From Methanobacteriota archaeon (GTDB lineage Archaea; JACRDV01): 33,018 nucleotides of DNA. A program made the translations under genes and the position numbers. Each line of letters opens with the position of its first letter. Positions within the stretch are counted from its first letter, which is position 1. The notes below the pieces were generated by a model. It had not been told where the DNA came from. It did not search any database and saw only the letters and a list, made by a program, of their open reading frames with translations. Positions 1-8,419 of the stretch are shown here, in pieces. The DNA lies in the NCBI GenBank assembly GCA_024860865.1, contig JACRDV010000066.1, positions 1-33,018 on the forward strand, read 5' to 3'.

Positions 1-259
1 CTCTAACTTGCGACTTTTATTTTAATATTTTAATAAAAATTTTCAACCCAACTGCGGATGCTTTAATTGAGGCTATTGAATTAAAAGTTAAGTGTCATCG
101 CGATATAATTGACAATATGCTATATGCTACGCTCACAGAATGAAAATGTATTTACTATCCATCGACAAAGATCTTTACGAATTTTTGAAAGATCAGGGTT
201 ATGATACAAGTTTCATTCTCAATGTAAGCGAACTAGTTAAAAGTTTAAGTCAAAAATAA
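1..259 (+). pseudogene. PIN-domain (VapC-like) toxin remnant, truncated by the window edge and broken by a frameshift near 138-146
   Basis: One frame is open from the edge and reads ...FNPTADALIEAIELKVKCHRDIIDNMLYATLTE, with a stop at 141-143. The PIN-like C-terminus continues in another frame from 140 as MKMYLLSIDKDLYEFLKDQGYDTSFILNV..., with a stop at 257-259. The D..D...A-T...L-S-x-D-K-D pattern resembles the C-terminal half of PIN domains. Confidence 0.35.
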
Positions 260-277
260 TTTTTTATAATAATAAAA

Positions 278-501
278 ATGATGGCTGTAAATTTGTTGGC
301 GATGCTATGTTTATGCCAAAGGCGATATTCTATAACTATTCCAAAGGAAATTAGGGCACTGTTCCAGTCAAATTTACCGTATATACAGAAGGCAGAAGGA
401 TTGTCATTGAACCACATTTAGAAGACCAGTTTGAAACGATAGATCATATAGCTGGAGATATCATATACGATCGCACAGCGAGGAAGAAAGTAGAAGAATA
501 G
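278..501 (+). pseudogene. AbrB/SpoVT-type antitoxin-like gene, frameshifted near 350-358
   Basis: The frame starting at ATG 278 gives ...RRYSITIPKEIRA (an AbrB-type I-P-K-E-I-R strand) and runs to a stop at 419-421. A second frame continues as GTVPVKFTVYTEGRRIVIEPHLEDQFETIDHIAGDIIYDRTARKKVEE, with a stop at 499-501. That second stretch is typical of the rest of an AbrB-fold antitoxin. Confidence 0.35.
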
Positions 502-919
502 AGACTGAAGCAAGCAAGGAGTCGGAGTTAGTTTTTTTCGAATAATCTTTTCCATTTTCCATTACGAAGAAGACTAAAGCTCACAAGTGGAGATATTCTT
601 ACAAAGCTAAATGCTGAAGAAAAGAAAGCGCAGTAACTATCGCTTGAGTATGAAAGCAAATGTAGAAGGCAACAAAGTATCTTAGCTATCAAGAATTTTT
701 AAGCCAAGATTTATACAATCGCTCTTCTATTTCGGTCCTTAATTCAAAAGATTGTTCAATGTTGTCAAGCGACTTGCAAATGCAAGCATAAACTTAGTCT
801 TTTTGAAAGAAAAATCCAAATACGCCATTCAACCACTCGTCCTTGACGACTCTCTCGCTAATTTGATGTCGAAATCTTAAAATATAAATTTCATTCTTAG
901 CTTTTAAAAGGTGTGAGAG

Positions 920-1129
920 ATGAGCAGGGAATTTGAATTGTTTTTGAAAACGAATTTGAGCAGGTATAAAGGGCTTTACATAGCAATTCTTGGCGACGAA
1001 ATAGTAGCAAGTGGGAAGAATGCGAAACAGGTTTGGGAAAAGTGCAGAAAAAAATATCCTAATAAAATCCCAACAATAGCCAAAATACCGAGAGAGGAAA
1101 CGCTGATTTTAGTGATAAAATGCAAATAG
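920..1129 (+). CDS. Small DUF5678-like protein (69 aa), function unknown
   Basis: An AAGGTG Shine-Dalgarno motif sits about 8 nt upstream of ATG 920. The segment YKGLYIAILGDEIVASGKNAKQVWEKCRKKYPNKIPTIAKIP matches my recollection of the DUF5678 pattern (GkwVAi.dg.vva.g...eev.e.a.kkyp...p.i.kvp). The 3' end overlaps the next gene by 10 nt. Confidence 0.6.
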   Translation: MSREFELFLKTNLSRYKGLYIAILGDEIVASGKNAKQVWEKCRKKYPNKIPTIAKIPREETLILVIKCK

Positions 1130-1521
1130 AATTTTCTTTCAAGAGGGAAAAGTCTGGAATTTTTGGTTTAATCCCAAGACCTGTTGCAAGAATAATTTTA
1201 ATCAATGATAAAAATCAAGTGCCTGAATTAGTTTATGTTGATTCTGGAGCTGATGTAACGTTGATTTCAAAATCAGTCGGTGAATTATTAGGCTTTAAAA
1301 TCGAGGCTAATGACAAGATAGAAGAAATTAAAGGAATTGGTGAACGTGGAATTCCCATTGTAATAAAGAAGGTCGGAATTAAAATTGGTGGAAAAACCAT
1401 TGATGCAAGAGTTGCTTGGAGTCTTATAGAAGAAGTCCCGCTCTTATTAGGAAGGGTTGATATTTTCAAATTATTTGATATAACTTTTGAAAAAGAAAAG
1501 AAAACTGTATTTGCTGACTGA
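1120..1521 (+). CDS. Retropepsin-like (clan AA) single-lobe aspartic protease, 133 aa
   Basis: The active-site motif VDSGADVTLIS (D-S-G-A) is present, with a C-terminal hydrophobic-G-R-D segment (LLLGRVDIF) typical of retropepsin-like folds. It has no TM segment or signal peptide. ATG 1120 lies inside the stop region of the upstream ORF (ATGCAAATAG). Confidence 0.75.
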   Translation: MQIEFSFKREKSGIFGLIPRPVARIILINDKNQVPELVYVDSGADVTLISKSVGELLGFKIEANDKIEEIKGIGERGIPIVIKKVGIKIGGKTIDARVAWSLIEEVPLLLGRVDIFKLFDITFEKEKKTVFAD

Positions 1522-1672
1522 TTCTAATTTCTCGGCAAGAAAAGGCAGCCTAAAAAATAATTGCTCTTCAATCCAAATAATTTTTTCATTAGAAGTTTAT
1601 AGGCTAAAGCACTTTAAGACACAAAAGAATTTGAATTATAGAAAAATTATCTTTTATTTGAGTATAATAAAC

Positions 1673-4354
1673 ATGGATGAACTAAACTGGCATTCAAAGA
1701 AGATTGAAGAAGCTATTCGACTTTTAGAGTCAAACTTAAATGGTCTTTCAGAAATTGAAGCTGAAAGCAGGCTAAATCAGTGCGGACCAAATGAGCTTAG
1801 AGAAGAGAAGAAGATATCACCTTGGAAGCTTTTTTTCAAACAGTTTAGACAAATATTAATAATCATACTTTTATTTGCGATTATAATATCAGCCTCAATT
1901 GGAGAAATTGTTGATGCTTTAGTTATTTTTGCAATTGTTTTTGTAGCAGTTGGACTAGGATTTTTTCAGGAATATCGGGCAGAAAAAGCCTTAGAAGCTC
2001 TTAAGAAAATGGCAGCTCCAATCGCGACGGTAATCCGAGCCGGAAAGGAGAGAGCAATACCAGCAAGAGAATTAGTGCCCGGAGACTTGATCCGCATAAG
2101 AACTGGAGATATAGTGCCAGCAGACAGTCTAATAATTGATGCTATCAACCTACAAGTTAACGAGGCTGCTCTCACTGGAGAATCAGTACCGGTAAACAAG
2201 AAGTCAGCAGTATTACCAATTGAAACGCAATTGGCTGAAAGATTCAACTTAATATTTGCAGGAACAACAGTAACACTGGGGCACGCTACTGCTTTAGTTT
2301 TTGCAACTGGTATGAATACAGAATTTGGCAAAATCGCTAAGATGGTTCAAATTACTGAAAAAGTGGAGACTCCAATCGAAATTAAGATGGAACAAGTAGG
2401 AAAATTTCTTGCAATTGCATTTATAGCCGTCATAAGCATCATTGCAATTCTGGGATTTCTAAAAGGACACAGACTTTTTGAAATATTCCTTTGGGCTGTT
2501 AGTTTAGCTGTTGCGGCAGTTCCAGAAGCTTTGCCAGCGGTTGTAACAGGATCTCTTGCAATTGGCGTCTACCGTATGGCAAAGAAGAATGCTATAGTAA
2601 GAAGGCTCCCAGCAGTAGAAACACTGGGGTCAACTACCGTTATTTGCTCTGATAAGACTGGAACACTAACCACGGGTGAGATGACTGTACGCGAATTGTA
2701 TGTTGATGACCAAATAATCGAGGTCACCGGAGTCGGTTATGAACCAAAGGGTGAATTCAGATTTGATTCTTCTAAAGTTGATGAAAGTCATATCAAGCTA
2801 GTCTCCAAAATTGCTGCACTTTGTAATGATTCTCACCTTGAAAGAGTTGATAGCAATTGGCAAGTAACTGGAGATCCAACAGAGGGAGCATTACTAGCGA
2901 TGGCGGGAAAAGCTGGGATTTGGCAAAACGATGTTGCTAAAGAATTTCCAAGGGTTGGAGAAGTTCCATTCACTTCCGAAAGAAAATGTATGACAACTAT
3001 TCACTGCGTAACTAGTGAAGAATTGTTAGCATGCACGAAAGGGGCCCCAGAGGTAGTCTTAGAAAAGTGTACCTATGAATATCTCAATGGGAAAGAAGTT
3101 GTCTTTACCCAAGAACAAAGAAATAGAATTTTGGATGCTAACGAGAAAATGGCTTCTAAAGCTCTAAGATTGCTTGGGATAGCTTATCGGAGGTTGCCTT
3201 CTACTCTGCAACAATTTGATGAAGGGCACGTTGAAAAAGATTTAGTTTTTGTTGGGCTGGTTGGAATGATGGATCCTCCAAGAGAGGAAGTTATGGCATC
3301 GATCCGTTCTTGCAAAGAAGCTGGTGTAAAAGTAATAATGATAACTGGCGACCATAAGCTCACTGCAGTTGCGATAGCAAAAGAACTCAACCTAGTAGAA
3401 TCAGATGGATTAATCCTAACAGGTAAAGAGTTGGATAAATTAAGTGATATAGAGTTCGAAAAAATAGTTGAGAATGTTGTTGTATATGCTAGAGTTTCCC
3501 CTGAGCACAAAATGCGCATAGTAAAAGCATTGAAAGAAAAAGGCCACATAGTGGCGATGACTGGTGATGGCATAAATGATGCTCCAGCTCTCAAAAATTC
3601 AAATGTCGGCATTGCGATGGGCATCACTGGTACCGATGTAACTAAAGAAGCGTCTCATATTATTTTAGCTGATGATAACTTTTCCACAATTGTAGCTGCT
3701 ATAGAGGAAGGAAGGGGGATTTATGATAATGTGAAGAAGTATCTTACCTTTCTTCTTTCCGTTAACATCGGTGAAATATTGGTCATGTTTCTAGCAAGTA
3801 TAGCTGCGTTACCATTGCCTTTACTTGCGAAGCAAATCCTTTGGATAAACCTTGCGACAGATGGGTTGCCTGCACTAGCATTAGGTGTAGATCCAGCCGC
3901 ACCGGACGTAATGAAACATCCACCACGAAGTCCTAAAGAGAGTGTATTCTCTGGAATTAAGATATGGCTAGCGGGAATATCCGCATTATTAGCGATAGGG
4001 GTTCTCTTCATCTTTTCAGTTGGGTTATTTGCTAACGCTCAAAATGGTGAGAGCTTAATCAAGGCAAGAACAATGACCTTTGCCACAGTGATCATTTTTG
4101 AACTATTATTTGTTTTCAGCTGCAGGTCATTTAGACATTCTGTCTTCGAGCTAGGTCTCTTGACCAACAAGTATCTAGTTTTAGCTGTAGTTTGGGAAAT
4201 CTTTATGCTCGCTGCACTTATCAATGTACCGTTCTTGAGAAATATTTTCGGATTAAGCTCATTAAGTTGGTTAGATTGGTTTTTAGTTTTAGCAATCGCT
4301 TCAACTGGATTTATAGCAAGTGAGCTTGGAAAAATAATTTTTAAACCTAGATAA
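1673..4354 (+). CDS. P-type (type II, Ca2+-ATPase-like) cation-transporting ATPase
   Basis: Motifs seen: LTGESVPV (TGES), VPEALPAVV (PEGLP-like M4 ion site), ICSDKTGTLT (phosphorylation site), MITGDHKLTA and MTGDGINDAPALK. I moved the start to ATG 1673 (MDELNWHSKKIEEA...). The 62 codons upstream in the ORF track are low-complexity and lie in the intergenic zone after the protease gene. Confidence 0.9.
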   Translation: MDELNWHSKKIEEAIRLLESNLNGLSEIEAESRLNQCGPNELREEKKISPWKLFFKQFRQILIIILLFAIIISASIGEIVDALVIFAIVFVAVGLGFFQEYRAEKALEALKKMAAPIATVIRAGKERAIPARELVPGDLIRIRTGDIVPADSLIIDAINLQVNEAALTGESVPVNKKSAVLPIETQLAERFNLIFAGTTVTLGHATALVFATGMNTEFGKIAKMVQITEKVETPIEIKMEQVGKFLAIAFIAVISIIAILGFLKGHRLFEIFLWAVSLAVAAVPEALPAVVTGSLAIGVYRMAKKNAIVRRLPAVETLGSTTVICSDKTGTLTTGEMTVRELYVDDQIIEVTGVGYEPKGEFRFDSSKVDESHIKLVSKIAALCNDSHLERVDSNWQVTGDPTEGALLAMAGKAGIWQNDVAKEFPRVGEVPFTSERKCMTTIHCVTSEELLACTKGAPEVVLEKCTYEYLNGKEVVFTQEQRNRILDANEKMASKALRLLGIAYRRLPSTLQQFDEGHVEKDLVFVGLVGMMDPPREEVMASIRSCKEAGVKVIMITGDHKLTAVAIAKELNLVESDGLILTGKELDKLSDIEFEKIVENVVVYARVSPEHKMRIVKALKEKGHIVAMTGDGINDAPALKNSNVGIAMGITGTDVTKEASHIILADDNFSTIVAAIEEGRGIYDNVKKYLTFLLSVNIGEILVMFLASIAALPLPLLAKQILWINLATDGLPALALGVDPAAPDVMKHPPRSPKESVFSGIKIWLAGISALLAIGVLFIFSVGLFANAQNGESLIKARTMTFATVIIFELLFVFSCRSFRHSVFELGLLTNKYLVLAVVWEIFMLAALINVPFLRNIFGLSSLSWLDWFLVLAIASTGFIASELGKIIFKPR

Positions 4355-4366
4355 CTACTAGTGTTT

Positions 4367-5296
4367 CTATATTCTTGAGATTAAAACAACTAAGAAGGTA
4401 ATATATAACAATAATAAACACAACCCCTCGAATTTGCCTAGTTTACCCTTTCTAATGAATAACCAAAATAAAAAATTAGAAGAGACTAAAAATATCACTA
4501 GACATGTATATGCAGCTATGTTTACTTTGAATGGAGAGAGCAATAAAACAGGACCCAATATTAGAGTTAAATTGGTCATACCGCTACCGAGAACATCTCC
4601 AATAGCTAAATTGAGTTTGTTTTTCTTTATCGCAGTAAGATCAACAGCCATTTCGGGTAAAGAAGTTCCAACCGCAATTATTGTACCACCTATCACGGAT
4701 TGGGGTATGCCAACAGCACGAGCTATTGTAGAAGCAGATTCAACAACAAAGTGAGCGCTTATTAATAATCCAGCCATACCTATCGCAAATCCAAGAAAAG
4801 TGATTAACAGACTTCCATTTTCTCTGTTTTTAGATTCTTCTTCCATCGTGGCTTTCATTTTTATAGAGTAGTAACAAAATCCAACGAAGATTAGCACTAA
4901 AGCTAGCCCAACTATTTTATTTAACTCACCTAAAATTAAAAGAATTACTGGGATTAGCGAAGTTACAAGTAAAATCAAGGATAAATTCTTGAACATTTCT
5001 CTTTCTATTATTAATGCTCGAAATAGCAAACCTATTCCAAATATTAAACAGATATTGGCAATATTTGACCCCAATAAATTGCCTATAGAAATTCCAACAC
5101 TGCCTGTTAATATAGAAAACACGGAAACAACTAATTCAGGCAGAGAGGTGGAAACTGATATCAATATAAATCCTATTGTTATCTCAGCTATTCCCGTCAA
5201 TTTTGCTATTTTAATTGCTCTGTTTACAACTATGTTCCCAAAACCTGCTAAAGCAAAAATAGAAGCTAAAAGTATAAGTGAGTCTAACCAGAGCAT
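4367..5296 (-). CDS. CaCA-family Na+/Ca2+ exchanger (NCX_Mj / YrbG-like)
   Basis: It has about ten predicted TM helices. Both alpha-repeat signatures are present: STSLPELVVS...GNLLGSNIANI and GTSLPEMAVD...GDVLGSGMTNL. Confidence 0.85.
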   Translation of the reverse strand: MLWLDSLILLASIFALAGFGNIVVNRAIKIAKLTGIAEITIGFILISVSTSLPELVVSVFSILTGSVGISIGNLLGSNIANICLIFGIGLLFRALIIEREMFKNLSLILLVTSLIPVILLILGELNKIVGLALVLIFVGFCYYSIKMKATMEEESKNRENGSLLITFLGFAIGMAGLLISAHFVVESASTIARAVGIPQSVIGGTIIAVGTSLPEMAVDLTAIKKNKLNLAIGDVLGSGMTNLTLILGPVLLLSPFKVNIAAYTCLVIFLVSSNFLFWLFIRKGKLGKFEGLCLLLLYITFLVVLISRI

Positions 5297-5544
5297 TATT
5301 AACTTCTCATAATTCCTTTAAATTTAATCTAATCTAAATTGTACTAGTGTTGAGATTTTTCAAATGACCATTTCAGCAGTACGGGAGTCGATATTGTCGT
5401 TAAGATGACTATACCTATTATTTCGAAGTTCTCCTATAATCTTAGCAACAAAAATAAGAACGCTTATACTTAAAATCGCTCTTAACACTAGTTCTTCCAT
5501 ATAGATACCTAAAATTTTGGTACCAGAGTTCTTAAACTGTTATC

Positions 5545-6480
5545 CTATACTAATGTAAGCAATCCAATGAAAAGGATGAATCCGATAATAGGAACTAATT
5601 TTATAGCTTTTTTATTTATCTCTTCAGCTTTTTCCATCTGTTTTTGGTCAACTAATCTCATAATCCTTGCAGTGGTGGCTAGACTATACAGAAAAAGTGC
5701 ATAAACAGTTAACATGATTTTATCAGCTAAAGTCAAATAACCTATAGGCGGGATTTGGCCGCTTAATGCTAGGTGAAAGGCAACTGCGGACATTAAAGTA
5801 GTAACCCCCAAACCTATCCTCTGACCAAAATTGGCTGGAGAAATAACAAAAGCTAGCATAGCAATGCAAGTGATTATCAATATTGGTACTACAGTTTTGA
5901 GAACAGAAGATAAAGTAGATCTTGCTAACACAAATTCGAAAATAAAGCGAGAGTATGTTTCGTTGCCCGGATATTGATGCTTGACTACATTAACACTCCA
6001 CTCTTTGAGATTCCATCCTGGTATGTTTATACTCGGGTCAATCCCACTTTCTTTTAGGTCCGGCACATAAACTAAATTTTCAATAGGATTAAGCTTATCT
6101 TCGATCTCAATAGTGAGCACATGTTCATCAAAAGGGTAGTTTTTAAAGCTCAATGTTTTTAAAAAAGTTCCTCTTATTCGAAACTCTGTGTAGTCAGATC
6201 TATCAACTCGCGTATCAATTGAAGTTGTACGCCCGTTCATAAATTCATAATTTTTTGGAGAAAGATTTCCCTGCCATTTAAACCAAAGATAAAAATCAAT
6301 ATTGTAGCTTCCAGTTGATAGCTCAAACTTTTCTATGTTGACCAGCCAAATGCCAACCTCCACCGGCTGTGAGGGCTCCGAAAAACTTGATTGCGAATTA
6401 GCTGGAGAAATTAGATAAATTAAAGTTGACAAAACTGTTAACAAAATCATTATAACCGGTTTTTTCAAAGAATGCACCAT
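5545..6480 (-). CDS. Pentameric ligand-gated ion channel (Cys-loop superfamily, GLIC/ELIC-like) homologue
   Basis: There is an N-terminal signal peptide followed by a beta-rich ectodomain of about 190 aa. The Cys-loop-equivalent motif is NYPFDEHVLTIEIE (FPxD without the cysteines, as in prokaryotic members). The pre-M1 Arg and M1 Pro are present (ARSTLSSVLKTVVPILIITC). M2 reads GQRIGLGVTTLMSAVAF, followed by an M3 with YLTLADKIML, a short M3-M4 loop and a C-terminal M4. Confidence 0.8.
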   Translation of the reverse strand: MVHSLKKPVIMILLTVLSTLIYLISPANSQSSFSEPSQPVEVGIWLVNIEKFELSTGSYNIDFYLWFKWQGNLSPKNYEFMNGRTTSIDTRVDRSDYTEFRIRGTFLKTLSFKNYPFDEHVLTIEIEDKLNPIENLVYVPDLKESGIDPSINIPGWNLKEWSVNVVKHQYPGNETYSRFIFEFVLARSTLSSVLKTVVPILIITCIAMLAFVISPANFGQRIGLGVTTLMSAVAFHLALSGQIPPIGYLTLADKIMLTVYALFLYSLATTARIMRLVDQKQMEKAEEINKKAIKLVPIIGFILFIGLLTLV

Positions 6481-6533
6481 AGAGATCCTTTGATAGTAAA
6501 ATGGTTATAGTATAAAAATTTTAAAACAGTAAC

Positions 6534-7661
6534 TCAGCTTTTAAAAACCGGTTTAAGAAGCGGTATTGCTAGGAAAGTTGTAAGAACAATTGCTATTACT
6601 CCGATTGAATATATCTCTGAACCAATTAAACCGCTTGTTAAACCGATACCCGCTACAATTAGACCCACCTCGCCCCGAGGAACCATTCCTATTCCGACCC
6701 GTAGAGCTTCTTTTAAGTTATATCCCACTAGAAAGGTAGCAACTCCACATCCAACTAATTTGCCAATAATTGCTAAAATTGTGATAATCAAGCCAAGGGA
6801 GAATGCTTTTAAGAATATTCTGAAGTCAACTAGTAGCCCAATTGAGATGAAAAATATTGGGACGAAAATAACATAAATCAAATCTAGATTTTTCAAAGCT
6901 TCATGTATTTTGAAAGTTTTTGATAATGCAAGCCCAATTGCAAAGGCACCTATAATTGAAGACAATCCCAACTGAGCTGTAATAAAAGCAAACCCAAAAC
7001 AAACTGCAAGAAAGAGCAAAACCAATGCCTCATCATGCACCCTCGCACGGTCGAATATTGGCACAAGTAAACGAGTCCCAACAAATAAAATCAAGAACCA
7101 AGCTATGATGGCTTTTGTTGTTATAAACGCAACAGATGCAAGAGTTAGACCACCTGTAAGTATTCCTAGAACGATAGCTAAAATGATAACTCCTAATATA
7201 TCATCTACAACTGCTGCTCCCAAAATTGTGAGTCCCTCGCGAGTGTTTAGTTTGCCCATGTCGCTTAGAGCTCGAACGGTAATTCCAATACTGGTAGCAG
7301 TAAGTACTGCTCCAAGAAACAATCCCTCAGCAACTGAAAATCCAAAAGATAATGCAGCTATTAATCCAAGGAAGAAAGGCAGAATAACTCCGCCTATACC
7401 AGCAAAAATAGCTGGTCTCCAAATACCTGAAAGTTTTTCAGATTCGGTCTTTAATCCAACTATAAATAATAGGATAATCGATCCAACCTCTGCAAAGGCG
7501 CCTACGGTTTCAGTATACTTCACAAGCCCTAAAACATATGGGCCGACGATGATTCCGACCATCATTTCTCCAAGTGCAGCTGGCTGCCCGAGTCGCTTGG
7601 CTAATCTACCTACAGCTATAGCTGCGATAAAGAAAATGGCTAAATCAAGTATAAACTCCAT
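6534..7661 (-). CDS. CPA2-family cation:proton antiporter (Kef/NapA-like), membrane domain only
   Basis: It is 375 aa and polytopic. The N-terminus (AKRLGQPAALGEMMVGIIVGPYVLG) and the internal segment (ATSIGITVRALSDMGKL) are typical of the Na_H_Exchanger fold. It has no RCK/KTN domain. Confidence 0.85.
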   Translation of the reverse strand: MEFILDLAIFFIAAIAVGRLAKRLGQPAALGEMMVGIIVGPYVLGLVKYTETVGAFAEVGSIILLFIVGLKTESEKLSGIWRPAIFAGIGGVILPFFLGLIAALSFGFSVAEGLFLGAVLTATSIGITVRALSDMGKLNTREGLTILGAAVVDDILGVIILAIVLGILTGGLTLASVAFITTKAIIAWFLILFVGTRLLVPIFDRARVHDEALVLLFLAVCFGFAFITAQLGLSSIIGAFAIGLALSKTFKIHEALKNLDLIYVIFVPIFFISIGLLVDFRIFLKAFSLGLIITILAIIGKLVGCGVATFLVGYNLKEALRVGIGMVPRGEVGLIVAGIGLTSGLIGSEIYSIGVIAIVLTTFLAIPLLKPVFKS

Positions 7662-8419
7662 TTCAAACCCAAATTATTTTTCAATGGTTAAATAAAAAAC
7701 ATTTTTGTTTTATACTTAGCCTCCATTCAACAAACATAAGTTAGGTCTAAAAGTAATTGTGAAGTACAACGTTTTTCCTTAAATTCTTTTATCCATAGTA
7801 TTAGTTCAATCGCCGATTCCACACTTTTATTTACAAACAGTTTTTTATTTTGATTTTGCATTAAAATTTTTCTAAATTTTTAATTTTCTTAATTATGACT
7901 AAATGAAATATAAATAGAAAATTTTAAATAAAAGTTAAATTAAATCACAATTAGTTTTATTGAAAAGTGATAATTATGGCTAAAAAAGAAAGCGAAGAAA
8001 GTAAAGAAATAAATTTTAATGAACTTAAGCTAGGGTTTATTTTTTAATCTTGGCAATTATCGAGAGTTGGGCCTTGGATTAAATTAGTTAATATTGTGGC
8101 TCTTTCTTGCTCGTTTTTTAAAAGTAAATGCGTTCTTGAAAACTGTACTTTTGCTATGGCTATTAAGAAACCAGATGGTAAAAAATCCTTTGTTTGCTAC
8201 ATACGAAAAATAAAGAACAACTAGGAAATATCTCTGCCCAATTAGATGAAAGTGTAAGTGTATATAGAAAGCCAACTCAAAACAGATATTAAGTTATCAA
8301 TTTTTTCAATTCTAGTCTAACACTGAAGCAATTAGGGTTCAAACTTTAAACTTCTCAAATAATTAGGGAAGAACAAGAGCTACCTCAAATCTTTATTTAT
8401 CTGAAACCTAAAAACTACT

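Noticed and set aside
1487-1672. N-terminal 62-codon extension of the P-type ATPase ORF in the six-frame track
   Set aside because: The extension overlaps the end of the protease gene. It is low-complexity (KKKRKLYLL..., IIFYLSIIN) and precedes the conserved N-terminus MDELNWH.... ATG 1673 is the plausible start.
5360-5500. 46-codon minus-strand ORF (MEELVLRAILSISVLIFVAKIIGEL...) resembling the first TM helix of the neighbouring CPA2 antiporters; possible relic of a third paralogue
   Set aside because: It is too short for any confident homology call by eye. Only about 25 residues are similar and the rest is unrelated. It would need a sensitive alignment.
7105-7695. A 196-aa ORF antisense to the CPA2 antiporter. 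Similar long antisense ORFs lie at 1966-2331, 3184-3627, 8518-9468, 23600-24280, 22037-22414 and 31129-31524.
   Set aside because: Each lies opposite a CDS with strong family motifs. Their products are Pro/Ser/Thr/Ile-rich mirror-image translations without motifs or Shine-Dalgarno sites. These are typical shadow ORFs.
8084-8275. 63-aa ORF in the long CPA2 intergenic spacer
   Set aside because: It has no motif and no ribosome-binding site. Its composition is consistent with random AT-rich sequence.
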